This document shows, piece after piece, positions 48,513 through 59,874 of a stretch of DNA of 64,000 nucleotides. This DNA is from a virus (lineage: Duplodnaviria > Heunggongvirae > Uroviricota > Caudoviricetes). The notes below the pieces were generated by a model that was not told where the DNA came from, searched no databases, and saw only the letters and a list, made by a program, of their open reading frames with translations. Both the position numbers and the translations under genes were made by a program. How positions within the stretch are numbered: the first letter of the stretch is position 1; each line of letters begins with the position of its first letter. The stretch is from the IMG/VR virus record IMGVR_UViG_3300034157_000063; one strand, 5' to 3'.

Positions 48513-49304
48513 ATGGCAACAGCAGAAATCGACATAGATTCAGAGATTAAGAATTACTTTCTCGATTATTTAGTGAGCGAACTGAATATAGACGAAATCC
48601 ATTATGAACTTATTAAACCAAAACGACGTTGTGTTTTTAGAATACGAATCAAGGGTGCTATTGAAAATTTAGTGGTTGAATATCAAGAAGACTTTATTGG
48701 TGAATATTCTGTTTACTTTAAAACAACCGCCAGCAGTGAATTTTTTGAAAGCTTTCTTAATCCTATTTTGAAAACCAAAACTATAGATTATGCCGAACGC
48801 TTTAATTTAATGTTTAATAAACTCGAACAGACTGGCACAAAATTTAAAGTCTTTAAAAAGATAACAATGGTCAGCAATTCAATTCTTTCCACTAGGATTC
48901 AATTGGATAGACTTTCTGGTGTTGAATATAATGTCGTGAGTTCTCATCGTAATATCTCAATGGCTGTTAATGAAAACCTCTATACTCATCAAAAAAAGAT
49001 TCATAATTTTAAGACAATGATATATTTCACATTCAAAAAAGGTATTTTGTCAGCGGATTGTTTAGTGTTCAACCAGTCTATGAGTAATGATAAGGTTGAC
49101 GCTGTTGAATTATGGATATCGAATAATGAAGCTGTATTTACAAAAAATTTAAGATATTTTCAAAAGCAACTTGAAGATTTTGCACTTCATGAATTATTTT
49201 ATCCAATCCATATACATTATGGCATTCCATTTAATCAAATTATTGCAATGACAGAAGAAGAATTAAAACCTTATGTTGATGTTGTTAGTATGCTAAGAAT
49301 ATGA
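48513..49304 (+). CDS. hypothetical protein, tail family
   Basis: Ends VDVVSMLRI. Confidence 0.8.
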   Translation: MATAEIDIDSEIKNYFLDYLVSELNIDEIHYELIKPKRRCVFRIRIKGAIENLVVEYQEDFIGEYSVYFKTTASSEFFESFLNPILKTKTIDYAERFNLMFNKLEQTGTKFKVFKKITMVSNSILSTRIQLDRLSGVEYNVVSSHRNISMAVNENLYTHQKKIHNFKTMIYFTFKKGILSADCLVFNQSMSNDKVDAVELWISNNEAVFTKNLRYFQKQLEDFALHELFYPIHIHYGIPFNQIIAMTEEELKPYVDVVSMLRI

Positions 49305-49311
49305 GTGTTCT

Positions 49312-50319
49312 ATGATTAATGTATTGAAGAACCTGTTTGGCAGAAACACTTTGTCAGTCAATAACCTTATTAAAGTCAAAAAGGTTAATGATGTTCAGTT
49401 TACTGCAGAAGCTAAAAATGGACTGTTTGCTGAAATAGATATTAAAGATGGTTATATGTTTGTGACCATTAAAGATAGAGGTAGCAGTAGCACCATGAAT
49501 TACTGCACGCAAAAAATAGATGAGACTGTTGATAATCATCATTATGTCCTCAATCAGTTAGCTGATAATATCTTTTTTCAATTTGATAGAAAAACATTTC
49601 CCTATCTCAGAAATAGATATGCCGCTATTTTTACAAACCATCCAAACGTATTGAATATGTTCTTAGGTGGTGTTGAAGAAGATACAGATAAATCACCATC
49701 CATTCAGTATTTTAATGACATCTACTATCCAGAAGTGGCTATTGTAAAAAAATCAGTCATCAAGAATATCAACAAAGTCACCTTTTGTTTATTGTCATCT
49801 ACTAAAAAAGCTGTAAATAGAGCACATTTCTATATCGTTAATGATCAGCTATTTGAAGTGGGGAGATTTAGTGACTTTAGTTCCATACCCTGTTTAAAAG
49901 ATAAAATGAATGAATATGGCAACATGATTGACACTCGAAAGGTTCGTATTCTAAAACACAACTATAATGCCTGCCTACTGATTAAAGACGGTTTGAAGTA
50001 TCGACTGGTTGTAGAAGATTTTAATGAACTTGATAATGATAATTTGAAAGACAGAAAAATGACCGATGATACCACCATTAAATTTTTTGAATTCACTTAT
50101 GAGAAAGGTGTCATTCTACAGAAATCAGTGGTGTTTAATGATGAAGCCCTTCAAAAATATCAGCAAGAGTTTTTGAGTGTGTATAGTAAACGTATAAATT
50201 ATTGTCGATCTTATTATCCATCGCTGCAGACTTATGCAACACTTGAAAAAATGGGGATGGATGACACACTTCCACTGGATGAGAATACTCTTCTTCTTCT
50301 TTCTATGTATGAAATATAA
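49312..50319 (+). CDS. hypothetical protein, tail family
   Basis: Ends LLLLSMYEI. Confidence 0.8.
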   Translation: MINVLKNLFGRNTLSVNNLIKVKKVNDVQFTAEAKNGLFAEIDIKDGYMFVTIKDRGSSSTMNYCTQKIDETVDNHHYVLNQLADNIFFQFDRKTFPYLRNRYAAIFTNHPNVLNMFLGGVEEDTDKSPSIQYFNDIYYPEVAIVKKSVIKNINKVTFCLLSSTKKAVNRAHFYIVNDQLFEVGRFSDFSSIPCLKDKMNEYGNMIDTRKVRILKHNYNACLLIKDGLKYRLVVEDFNELDNDNLKDRKMTDDTTIKFFEFTYEKGVILQKSVVFNDEALQKYQQEFLSVYSKRINYCRSYYPSLQTYATLEKMGMDDTLPLDENTLLLLSMYEI

Positions 50320-50376
50320 TAACACTTTATTTTTGAAATTTACGTGTTAAACTTGATCATTCATTAGGTAATCATT

Positions 50377-50622
50377 ATGATAATATATGATAAATTAGAC
50401 ATTCTTCATTGTCCGCATTGTAAGCGTTCACAAGATAATTGTGTGATTGATTTTGTTCAAACAGTCTATGACCCATCAGGTATTCATCGTTTTCCAGCCA
50501 AAACACATTATACACGACAATGTATGTTTTGTTTGAAAGTGTATTATATTAAGGCACTGCGAAATGGACAAGTAGCCATAGATATTAATGACTACGTTAT
50601 TAAAGATTTTAATTTGTATTAG
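50377..50622 (+). CDS. small zinc-ribbon protein (related to 48222..48449)
   Basis: CPHC...CMFC. Confidence 0.65.
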   Translation: MIIYDKLDILHCPHCKRSQDNCVIDFVQTVYDPSGIHRFPAKTHYTRQCMFCLKVYYIKALRNGQVAIDINDYVIKDFNLY

Positions 50623-51052
50623 TGTTCTTTCTTTCTAAGTAGAAATCCAAATATTTCTTTGGTCTTTCTTTAAAGGCTCGTTTGTTACCAATTTTAAATG
50701 AGCTATCAAATGCTGAATAGGCTTCATCATATTGTTTTAATTCATAACACACCATTCCCAGATCCATAAAGCCACCTGTATCTATTTTAGATGTTTGACC
50801 CGCCATTGATATTTTTATCCATTCTTTTGCTTTGTTATATTCCTGAGTATCAAAATACACCTGATATAAGCAGCCTGCTATCCAATAAGTCAGGAATGAC
50901 CATTGTTTATCATCTGGCAACTTTTCCCATCCTTCTTGATAATGATCGAGAGCAACGGTGTAAAGGTTTGATTCATGAAATACATTACCTTCTTCAACTA
51001 TTTCTATAATCTCTTTTTCTAACTCTGTATTGATTTCACTCAGTTCTTTCAT
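50609..51052 (-). CDS. TPR-repeat protein
   Basis: TPR-like helices (LGMVCYELKQYDEAYSAF). Confidence 0.7.
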   Translation of the reverse strand: MKELSEINTELEKEIIEIVEEGNVFHESNLYTVALDHYQEGWEKLPDDKQWSFLTYWIAGCLYQVYFDTQEYNKAKEWIKISMAGQTSKIDTGGFMDLGMVCYELKQYDEAYSAFDSSFKIGNKRAFKERPKKYLDFYLERKNTNTN

Positions 51053-51840
51053 ATTTTTACCATCCTCAATAGTGTTATGTCATCTTGGTTAAATGCTGTT
51101 CTGTCATTACCAAGATGTTTTTTTATCATCGGTAAATAAATAGCTAAGAACTTATCATCCACTATTTTTTGAAACTCTTCAATATCTTTCATCATAATTA
51201 ATTCGTCAGATTCTTTAAATTTGACCGCAATCATTAATTTATCATCTAGTTTCACAACGTTAACAATTACTTTTAGATTGCTGGTCATTGGATAGTTTAT
51301 GATATACCACTCTAATAAACTACAGTCATCTAATATAAAATACTGTCTTTTTATATAGGTTGGTCCATGTTTACTCCATGCACCTTTACCACAGATACCT
51401 ACAATGTCATACACCGTTTTAAAAAAAACTTCCGGTGTCACTTCGTTTCTGTTTTTTAATAGTTTCTTTATTTTCTTTTCATGAACTTTATTTTTATCTT
51501 TATTATAAATCCCATACTTCTCACCTGTTTTATTAATGATACTAATGATAGAAAACAAATCAGATTCTTTCATTTCATGAGATTTAAAATGATTGAATGT
51601 TTTAAGAAGTTCGGTTTGATCCCGACCTAAAAAATATATTTGTCTATTATTGTTGTATACTCTTAAATGCATGAAAGGATGAGCTAGACTGGCCGGAGAT
51701 TTTATGTCATAAAATTCGTATTCAACAATCCCCTCACTGCCTTTTTCGACAATAGGTTCATTTGAGAAATTAGGCACATTCTTATCAAGGAACTGTAATA
51801 AGTTCTCTATATTGAAATCTGTTTCAAAAATATTGTCCAT
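51049..51840 (-). CDS. hypothetical protein, tail family
   Basis: AGGTG RBS; ends ITLLRMVKI. Confidence 0.8.
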   Translation of the reverse strand: MDNIFETDFNIENLLQFLDKNVPNFSNEPIVEKGSEGIVEYEFYDIKSPASLAHPFMHLRVYNNNRQIYFLGRDQTELLKTFNHFKSHEMKESDLFSIISIINKTGEKYGIYNKDKNKVHEKKIKKLLKNRNEVTPEVFFKTVYDIVGICGKGAWSKHGPTYIKRQYFILDDCSLLEWYIINYPMTSNLKVIVNVVKLDDKLMIAVKFKESDELIMMKDIEEFQKIVDDKFLAIYLPMIKKHLGNDRTAFNQDDITLLRMVKI

Positions 51841-51974
51841 TGTTTATCACCTTGTTATCATCCTACATGTTACCATAGGTCTTGAAATAAATCCATTTAT
51901 CTCTTAAAAAATCATCAATTCTTGTATTTTTACTATTATATGGTAGACTTCGATAAAATATACTAGGAGTGCAT

Positions 51975-52541
51975 ATGATTAAATTATCTTTAATGACGGC
52001 CTTTTTATTATTACCTTTTCAAATGGCTAACGCAGATCCATTAGAAACAACCGACGCCTTTTATTCAGAAAAGCCGATGGTCTATGTGTCGCCATCAGAA
52101 CGAGTGAAGACTTTAGTTTTTACCGTTAATTCAAGTCCTATCTCTGATAATGTCTCTATTAAAACTGTAAAACGTGATAAAGACAATGATTCAGCTTATG
52201 TGTATGAATCAAAGTTTGTTTATTGTCTCGTTGAAAAAGACATCAATTCTATTCATGCAGAAAGCAGTATAAAAAAAACCTGTATCAATGAGTATGGAGA
52301 AGGTTCCGAAAGTTTAGTGAATGATACTAAATTAGATTTAACCAAAGTGAGATATTTAGAGTATTCTATTCCAGCCGGTAAAAGACTTGATTACTTTTTA
52401 TTAGATCCAGTTGAAATGGGGAAACCTAGCCTTGACTATATTGATTTACTTCCAGATGAAAAACGTAGAGCTTACCTTATTTATGGGTTCACACCAGTTA
52501 GTGGTGAAGTTAAACAAAACATAATCTATATTTTAAAATAA
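51975..52541 (+). CDS. exported hypothetical protein
   Basis: Signal peptide ending ANA; AGGAG RBS. Confidence 0.75.
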   Translation: MIKLSLMTAFLLLPFQMANADPLETTDAFYSEKPMVYVSPSERVKTLVFTVNSSPISDNVSIKTVKRDKDNDSAYVYESKFVYCLVEKDINSIHAESSIKKTCINEYGEGSESLVNDTKLDLTKVRYLEYSIPAGKRLDYFLLDPVEMGKPSLDYIDLLPDEKRRAYLIYGFTPVSGEVKQNIIYILK

Positions 52542-52689
52542 TAAGCAAATTCAAAAAGAAAGCCACTCTATGTGGTTTTTCTTATCTAGAAATTCATTAA
52601 ATTATGATCATAATATTATATATTGAAATGATATTTTTAATTCATAATTTTTATGCTAAATTGTATCATAATAAAAAGGAGAACGATTT

Positions 52690-53202
52690 ATGTTGAAAAA
52701 AATTTTATTATTATCCTGTGTTTTGACAGGGACTTCTTATGCTTACGCAAATACAGAAACTGTCACTGATCCTGTTGTTGTTACGAACAGTCCATATTTT
52801 GAAATATCGGTGAAAGTCGATAAAAAAGATACTGAATCGAAAGGTATCAGTAATTTTCAAAATCCACTTCTTTTAGGATTATTCAAACCATCAAAGTCTG
52901 AAACATGTAATTTAGATGCACTTCCAGAATATCTGATGGTATCTGTTATGCCAATAGATATTAAAGAAGATAAATCAAAAAACACTTTGTTAAATACAAT
53001 TCTTATATTTAATCCAGTAAATTATGATCAAGAAAAACCTTTTGCTTATCGGACTTATCAAGAAAGAGACTTATGCCAACTATTTCAGAAAAATGAAGAA
53101 AATGCAATTCATATGTCATACTCGTTATACTTAGATAAACCTACTACACTTGAATTACCAACAGGTGACAAACTTATTTTTGAAGCGAAGGAAATAAAAT
53201 AA
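52690..53202 (+). CDS. exported hypothetical protein
   Basis: Signal peptide ending AYA; AGGAG RBS. Confidence 0.75.
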   Translation: MLKKILLLSCVLTGTSYAYANTETVTDPVVVTNSPYFEISVKVDKKDTESKGISNFQNPLLLGLFKPSKSETCNLDALPEYLMVSVMPIDIKEDKSKNTLLNTILIFNPVNYDQEKPFAYRTYQERDLCQLFQKNEENAIHMSYSLYLDKPTTLELPTGDKLIFEAKEIK

Positions 53203-53245
53203 AACATAAAAAAAGCCACATCGAGTGGCTTTTATTTTTCCCTGC

Positions 53246-54694
53246 TTATTTATATTTATTAATTAATTCATCTAATTCTTGTTCAGTAAAACTACCTAAC
53301 TTATTTATAACCGATCTGAAACGATAACGTGTCATGTCTGGCCCCAGTAAGCTCATTGCATCAATTACTGAAATAGAATTTAGTGACCCAGTAATAATCA
53401 CAAACACCAATGGCATAATATCTTTCAATTTTAGATTCATTTTAGCGGCTGACGCTTTTAATGTATCCAGTATTTGAACTTCATTCCATTTCTTCAATGC
53501 TTCAATATCCCATAACATGACTTGAATGGCTTCTTTCACTTCTGCCTCTGTTAATTTCTTGTGCGTTAGTAATGAAGTATCATATTTCAAATCACCACTA
53601 TACATGAAGGCCACCAGATCATTAACCTGACTGAAGTTTTCTACACGACTTTGTATCATCGGTATCAATTTATCAAACTTATCTGTGCTGAATGCCCACT
53701 GTGATAGCTTATCTTTAAAGGTGTCTGGCGTGAGTTCTCTTAACCATAGACCATTGAGCCAAGAAAGCTTATTAACGTCGAAAACAGGGCCACCCAGTGA
53801 TACACGCTGTATATCAAAGTTATCTACCATGTCTTGCAAGGTAAACTTTTCTCTTTCATCCGGCATCGACCACCCCATACGACCCAAATAGTTCAATAAA
53901 GCTTCTGGTAGGTAACCCATGTCCTTATAGAATGTAATAGATGTAGGATTTTTACGTTTTGACAATTTACTTCTGTCCATATTACGCAACAGAGGCATAT
54001 GACAATGCTCAGGCATTTCCCAGCCAAAGTACTGATACAGTAAAACAATCTTAGGTGCAGACGGCAACCACTCTTCACCTTTCAGAACATGAGTAATGTC
54101 CATCAAGTGGTCATCCACAACGTTAGCTAAGAAATAAGTTGGTAAACCATCTTGTTTCATGAGCACTTGCATATCGACTTGCTTCCAATCATAGGTGACA
54201 GCACCACGCAACATATCATTTACAGTGCAGATACCTTCTGTTGGAACTTTCATACGGATAACATGAGAAACACCCGCATTTAGCTTACTAGCTACATCTT
54301 CTGAGGTTAATGTAAGGCAATGACCATCATACTTAGGCGATAGTCCAGCCGCTATTTGGTCTTCACGCATTTTATCAAGGCGATGGCTATCACAGAAGCA
54401 TGGGAAGGCATGTCCTTTGTCTACAAGGATTTGAGCATGTTCTTGATAAATGGCTTTACGGTCACTTTGGCGGCAAGGTTCTTCATCCCACGACAGTCCC
54501 AACCATTTCAGTGAATTTAAAATAGACTCTTCGGATTCTTTGGTAGAACGCACTTGATCAGTGTCTTCAATACGAAGAATGAACTCACCACCATGCTTCT
54601 TAGCAAAGCAATAGTTAAACAAGGCAATATAGGCGGTACCCACATGTGGATCGCCCGTGGGGGATGGTGCTACGCGAGTTCTTACTTTTTTCAT
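53246..54694 (-). CDS. gltX: glutamate--tRNA ligase (Pseudomonas-like)
   Basis: [47 protein letters not shown]. Confidence 0.96.
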   Translation of the reverse strand: MKKVRTRVAPSPTGDPHVGTAYIALFNYCFAKKHGGEFILRIEDTDQVRSTKESEESILNSLKWLGLSWDEEPCRQSDRKAIYQEHAQILVDKGHAFPCFCDSHRLDKMREDQIAAGLSPKYDGHCLTLTSEDVASKLNAGVSHVIRMKVPTEGICTVNDMLRGAVTYDWKQVDMQVLMKQDGLPTYFLANVVDDHLMDITHVLKGEEWLPSAPKIVLLYQYFGWEMPEHCHMPLLRNMDRSKLSKRKNPTSITFYKDMGYLPEALLNYLGRMGWSMPDEREKFTLQDMVDNFDIQRVSLGGPVFDVNKLSWLNGLWLRELTPDTFKDKLSQWAFSTDKFDKLIPMIQSRVENFSQVNDLVAFMYSGDLKYDTSLLTHKKLTEAEVKEAIQVMLWDIEALKKWNEVQILDTLKASAAKMNLKLKDIMPLVFVIITGSLNSISVIDAMSLLGPDMTRYRFRSVINKLGSFTEQELDELINKYK

Positions 54695-54899
54695 TATCGT
54701 TCTCCAAATGTATCGAATATAATAGCAAAAATAAAATTTAACTTCAACTCTTTTTTGCTTTAAAGGTAGACTTTTTATTTTCTCTCTGTTATTGTATGCT
54801 CATAGATATATATATTTTTTTTGCTAAAAATATCCTCTATTATTTTTGACATATATAACTAACATGCTATTATTTTAATAAATTTATTGGAGCTTAAAA

Positions 54900-55481
54900 A
54901 TGAACGAAGAACAAAAGAAAAAGTGTCATTATATTATTCATTCACATGCGATAGCAGCAGGAGCAGGAAATGCTGTTCCAGTACCGGGTTTGGGAGTAGC
55001 GACTGATCTTGTTACTATTACTGCTATGACGATGAGTCTTGTGGCTGTGTTCGGTGGCAACATGACAGAAGAAGCTGCCAAGGCAGTGGCTATTGCATCC
55101 TTTAAAAATGCCATGTTGAAACAGCCGATCAAAGTTATCACAAAAGAAGTTTCCAAATTTATTCCACTCTTAGGTCAAGCTGTTGCACCTACTATCTCTA
55201 TTGTGATTATTGAAGCTGTTGGTTGGAGCATTGCTGATGAACTTTATTCAAAGTGTACCAAGACATATCCCATAGAAAAGAAAGTAGAAGTTACTGAACA
55301 AAAAGCTATTGCAAAAGAACCGGGTCGATTTTCAATTGCTAACATGACAAATTTGATTAATGCGGCCACCGACTTTAGAAAAGCTGGCACGAATGAAACG
55401 GTTTCAAAGAAAGAACCAAAAGTAAAAGCTGAAAAAGTTGTTAAAGCAGAAACAGTGAAAACTTCTGGTAAAACCGCTTAA
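54900..55481 (+). CDS. DUF697/YcjF-like protein
   Basis: IIHS..AAGAGNAVPVPG..D pattern. Confidence 0.65.
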   Translation: MNEEQKKKCHYIIHSHAIAAGAGNAVPVPGLGVATDLVTITAMTMSLVAVFGGNMTEEAAKAVAIASFKNAMLKQPIKVITKEVSKFIPLLGQAVAPTISIVIIEAVGWSIADELYSKCTKTYPIEKKVEVTEQKAIAKEPGRFSIANMTNLINAATDFRKAGTNETVSKKEPKVKAEKVVKAETVKTSGKTA

Positions 55482-55582
55482 TTATCACAATACCTGTATA
55501 GAAAAAGAGCAATTTTTGCTCTTTTTTTTATTTTTTTTAAGTTATGTTATAATATTAAAATATAACAACGAACAGTAATGCC

Positions 55583-56338
55583 ATGACACGTAATGAATTC
55601 GTACAACACTTTAAAGATAATAATCCAGATGAATCTGTGAATGAATGGCCTTTTCTTCAGTTTAAAATTCTGTTAACTTCAACTAAGAATAGCGAATCAC
55701 TGGGATTGATGTATGTTAACTCTAAGTTAGAAACCATGTATGAATCTTTAAATATTTCTAATGGCATTTTCCTTTCAAAAGGTGATATAGATATTGAATT
55801 TGACCATTACTATGAAGATGACAATCCTGACAGTGACTATTGTCAGTATCTTTCAAATCTCAACTTAAACATTCTTTATGATAAACTTATTGATCAGAAG
55901 ATCATTAGCAATGATGAGTTAATCTCTTTATATCGTATTGAGACATCTAATCATAAAGGTCTTTATGATGGAATAGGTTACAATATTCTTTTAAATGCGG
56001 AAGACTACAATCACCCCGGCCCCGAGAAAGACCCTAAATTTATGGAAATTTTTGCTCACAGAGGGCCATTTTTAGATAATGAATACAAAAGAAAATGGAT
56101 GTTCGCTTTTTCGGATGAGAAACAAATAAAAGAGTGGCTTTCTAACAAGGTGGTTTTTGACCTCTTGGTTGAACATGATTTTAAGCTTAATAAAATTACT
56201 ATTAAAGCTGATAACGCCATACTGGGCGATTACCAAGCTATATATCTCGGCCAAAAAATTGAAAAATCAGAAATAGTTCCGTTAACAGCGATTGAACATC
56301 TGTTTGTTGAAAAGCGAAAGTCTAAGTTGACGGTTTGA
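55583..56338 (+). CDS. hypothetical protein
   Basis: YRIE..GLY..HPGP..D..FAFS..Q..W; Lys-rich tail. Confidence 0.7.
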   Translation: MTRNEFVQHFKDNNPDESVNEWPFLQFKILLTSTKNSESLGLMYVNSKLETMYESLNISNGIFLSKGDIDIEFDHYYEDDNPDSDYCQYLSNLNLNILYDKLIDQKIISNDELISLYRIETSNHKGLYDGIGYNILLNAEDYNHPGPEKDPKFMEIFAHRGPFLDNEYKRKWMFAFSDEKQIKEWLSNKVVFDLLVEHDFKLNKITIKADNAILGDYQAIYLGQKIEKSEIVPLTAIEHLFVEKRKSKLTV

Positions 56339-56626
56339 TTGTTTTTTTTAATTTTATCAAGAAGTACGTAAAAGACCATCTTTCGATGGTCTTTTTAGAG
56401 GTTTAAGGATACAAAAATATGTTAATTTAAAGACTAACTTAACACAATCAAATCATACCGTTCATCTAATCTTAAGTAAACTTCATAAAATCCTATTCTT
56501 TTGTAGGAGATTCGCTATAGTTTTTAAAAATCGCACAAAAATCCGTGTTAGGATAAGTTTACATTATTTTTGCTTTTATTTTTAAATTATGTTATTATTA
56601 ACGATAATTTAATGGGAGCAGTGTTT

Positions 56627-57214
56627 ATGATTGAAATTGAAGGCTATAAAGAAACCCCAATGTATACGATTGAACAGGTGCGTAACGTTATTGAAAACGT
56701 TAATCGAACGCTAAAACTTGAAGCGGTTAAAGTATTGTTTAATGAAAACACAAACACTTTGAATTTCGTTGTCAATACTAAAGAGGGTTCAAAAAACTTT
56801 ATTGAAGCTAGATTCTCGTTTGATCTTACTACTAAACAACCTAAGATTATTATCAATTATAAAGACTTGGAAAAAACTTGGTTTCATTCTATTTTTGATG
56901 AAAAATTTAATACCGCCCAAGAACGTTCTGCCGTCTTTTATCTCAGAAAAAGACTTGCTTTCGTGACTCGTGTCAGCACCCTTTTAGAATTTATTGAAAA
57001 TGACCATTGTGTCATCAGCTTTTTGATGACTTACAAGGAAATGACAAAGAAAGTGTACAAAGTTAGTGACCTAATTGACAGTAATCAAGTGTTGTTTGAA
57101 CTCTTCTGTTTTAAAGTCTTTGCTGATGAAGTGATCAGCACGGCTGAAAGCGTTCAAGATTTGATTGAAAATTTTGATAAACACGTTGCTTTAAATGAGA
57201 TGAAAACTATTTAA
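56627..57214 (+). CDS. hypothetical protein, tail family
   Basis: GGAG RBS; ends VALNEMKTI. Confidence 0.75.
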   Translation: MIEIEGYKETPMYTIEQVRNVIENVNRTLKLEAVKVLFNENTNTLNFVVNTKEGSKNFIEARFSFDLTTKQPKIIINYKDLEKTWFHSIFDEKFNTAQERSAVFYLRKRLAFVTRVSTLLEFIENDHCVISFLMTYKEMTKKVYKVSDLIDSNQVLFELFCFKVFADEVISTAESVQDLIENFDKHVALNEMKTI

Positions 57215-57231
57215 TTAAGGATTATACATAC

Positions 57232-58128
57232 ATGGAAATTTTTACCCATCATTTATTTTGGGCTGTATTCTTTTTGGTATTTTCTGGACTTATGTTCTTA
57301 GTCCTTAAAGACCGATTATTCAACAAAAAAAAGAAACTTATTAAAGTTCATAAGAAAAAGTATCACAATAACCATGTGACTGCAGGTTCCAATGATAGTG
57401 GAGTTATCTTTATTTCAAAGATGGTAAAAGCTTCTGGGGTTAATATCACTAAGCATTTTGAATATCCTCGTTATGCTAATAAGAAACCTTTGGAGTCGAT
57501 TCGTTATAATGGTATTTTTGATATTAAAGTGATTATTGATAATTTTACTAAGGTTCCATCTATTGAAGTGAAAGGTGACGAATCTTTTGTGGAGCTTATT
57601 CAGTTAAGTAAGGTTAATGACGTATTGACGATTACACACCCACAAATCAGCAGTAACTCAGAGTATGATTGTGAAATCACTATTAGAACTAATAAAGTAG
57701 TTTCATTTCACAATAAAGGTCGAGGTCAGGTGGATATTGAAGGTATCAACTCAGAGACATTCTCTATGATTAGTACAAGCATTGAAAATGTTTATTTGGC
57801 AGGTAAATCTGAAAATTTCAGTATTAACTCAAAATCGAATGGGGATGTTTATGCCCAACAGTTAAAAGCAAAAGTTATTCATGTTGAACAAAATGGCACA
57901 GGTGATATTTATTGTAATCCAATAGAAGCATTGACTGTTCGTGTTAATGATTCTGGTAATGTTTATGTTCGGGACATGGCTGTAAAAATAGATCACAAGA
58001 CGACTGATAAAGGTCGTGTAATCTATCGACCATTTGAGGATACTATTCTTAACTTTATTGTTATAATGTTTCAAAAAATAGTTAACTTCATTATACTAAT
58101 TGTAAAAAAAATGTTGCGAATAAAATAG
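57232..58128 (+). CDS. membrane-anchored GIN-domain (DUF2807) beta-helix protein
   Basis: N-terminal TM; repeated GxGxV/I turns; GDVYAQQL. Confidence 0.7.
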   Translation: MEIFTHHLFWAVFFLVFSGLMFLVLKDRLFNKKKKLIKVHKKKYHNNHVTAGSNDSGVIFISKMVKASGVNITKHFEYPRYANKKPLESIRYNGIFDIKVIIDNFTKVPSIEVKGDESFVELIQLSKVNDVLTITHPQISSNSEYDCEITIRTNKVVSFHNKGRGQVDIEGINSETFSMISTSIENVYLAGKSENFSINSKSNGDVYAQQLKAKVIHVEQNGTGDIYCNPIEALTVRVNDSGNVYVRDMAVKIDHKTTDKGRVIYRPFEDTILNFIVIMFQKIVNFIILIVKKMLRIK

Positions 58129-58141
58129 GAGTTCTATACAA

Positions 58142-58969
58142 ATGAATAAGACTGTTATGAGATTTCATGATGATATACTTGGCGTTATTAATTATAGCAC
58201 ATCCACTACTTTATTTAACCTTGATGGTGACTGTTTTAAAAAATTGCTCACTGAATTCCGCAAAGTAGATCAAATTACAGCGTTTACAGAACAAACTATT
58301 TTTGTTTTGTCGGAAGTGTTGATGATCGTTAAATCAGATATGATGATTTTACACAAAAAAGATTTTGATATTATTCTGTCAGTCACGCTTGGGGATAGCA
58401 ATTCGCTTGCCTTGCAACTTCGGTATGTTGATAACCTTTTACCTTTTAGAAATAAAAATAAATCTTTTTTGTGGAAAAATGAACTCAGTGTCATTAATCA
58501 GATGACTAAATATGTTGCAGATACAGTTGTAGCGGATGACTGTTTTTGCAAAACAAAGACTGGTTTTTTAACTGTTCTTAAAAAAATTGATTCATTTTTA
58601 GAACTTGATAATACTTTGTATGACGACATTGTACGAACAGGTATTTATCCACAGTTAGCTTATATTCCAAATCATACCTTTAAAATTGAGTTTGCGGAAG
58701 ATTTATTAACTTTCGAAAGTTTCTTTAAAGGAGATTCTTATGATTTTTTCAATTTGCCATTTTTTAAAATACATTTTGATAAGGGTAAAATTAGCATTAG
58801 AATAGCGGGTCAAGAAATTGTTTTAACAGAACATGAATTCTTACACACTCCTAATCACGAAATTATAAATATCATTATAGAGTTATTGAAAATAAAAAAC
58901 TTACCTATTCAATCTATTTCAAACTTGAAAGACTATCTTTTAATTCAAGACATGAGTAAAATAAAATAA
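58142..58969 (+). CDS. hypothetical protein, variant tail
   Basis: AGGAG RBS; ends LLIQDMSKIK. Confidence 0.75.
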   Translation: MNKTVMRFHDDILGVINYSTSTTLFNLDGDCFKKLLTEFRKVDQITAFTEQTIFVLSEVLMIVKSDMMILHKKDFDIILSVTLGDSNSLALQLRYVDNLLPFRNKNKSFLWKNELSVINQMTKYVADTVVADDCFCKTKTGFLTVLKKIDSFLELDNTLYDDIVRTGIYPQLAYIPNHTFKIEFAEDLLTFESFFKGDSYDFFNLPFFKIHFDKGKISIRIAGQEIVLTEHEFLHTPNHEIINIIIELLKIKNLPIQSISNLKDYLLIQDMSKIK

Positions 58970-59113
58970 AATGAGTATAAATTATTATTTTTGACTTATT
59001 TTACCTTAATATGTCAGTATTTTGACTTTATTATGATTGCAGTCTTGCTTTATTCAGTTTAGCCTCTATCATAAGTCCTTCTAATGCATACATTACTTTA
59101 TGAGGCCAAATTT

Positions 59114-59593
59114 ATGAAGAGTCAATTTCAGTCACACACAGAACATAGTAGAATACACGATAAGAGAGAAGAATCTATGAACCGATTAGATCCTTCTGAC
59201 ATTCGTAATAATAGGTTATTTACTGTAACAGTTACAGCAGTCATCGCTATTGCATTTTGGTTTGTTCTGGTGAACCCATTCAGCTTCTACATACCAGAAG
59301 CTTTTTTAGCCATTTCTTGTATAGCCTTGATGGTCATTAGTTATTTGAACAAGAGAGAACTTGGATTAAGCTCCTTCGGTTGTGTAGCCTATGTTGTGGG
59401 CTGTCTTGTTGTAGGACTCAGTTTGACATTTGGATTTTACCACAGCTCTGCTGGTGAAGCTGTTGAGAGAGCTATGTTAGTAGGAGTTTTTGATAAACAT
59501 CAAGAATCATTGTTACCAGCACAAGTTGACATGCTAAAAACGAATACCAATAACTTATCTATATTGAGAACGATTACTATTAAGGTTGGCTAA
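59114..59593 (+). CDS. membrane protein
   Basis: About three TM segments; GAGG RBS. Confidence 0.7.
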   Translation: MKSQFQSHTEHSRIHDKREESMNRLDPSDIRNNRLFTVTVTAVIAIAFWFVLVNPFSFYIPEAFLAISCIALMVISYLNKRELGLSSFGCVAYVVGCLVVGLSLTFGFYHSSAGEAVERAMLVGVFDKHQESLLPAQVDMLKTNTNNLSILRTITIKVG

Positions 59594-59703
59594 TATCTGT
59601 TACAGAAACGAAACACCTCCTATCTTATTTTCATTGTGTTTAATTGCTTATTATTTTTTTTTCTGCTATACTTGAAGCCTATATTTCATAAAAGGTTTTC
59701 AAT

Positions 59704-59856
59704 GTGAGCAATAACAATAAAGATGGCAAAATCAAAATGATTAAATGTATTCTTATTTTTTCGATTTTCTATATGATTGTTGGGCATACAAACTACATGA
59801 GCAAGGTATTCAATACTAAGGCGTCTAGTGATATTGAAACCTATCAAGCATTTTAA
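59704..59856 (+). CDS. possible 50-aa membrane peptide
   Basis: AAGG RBS, GTG start, one hydrophobic stretch; below ORF-track cutoff. Confidence 0.45.
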   Translation: MSNNNKDGKIKMIKCILIFSIFYMIVGHTNYMSKVFNTKASSDIETYQAF

Positions 59857-59874
59857 ATACTAAGGGGAACAGAA

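Noticed and set aside
54695-54790. Glu leader upstream of gltX
   Set aside because: Promoter about 25 nt from the start; no uORF
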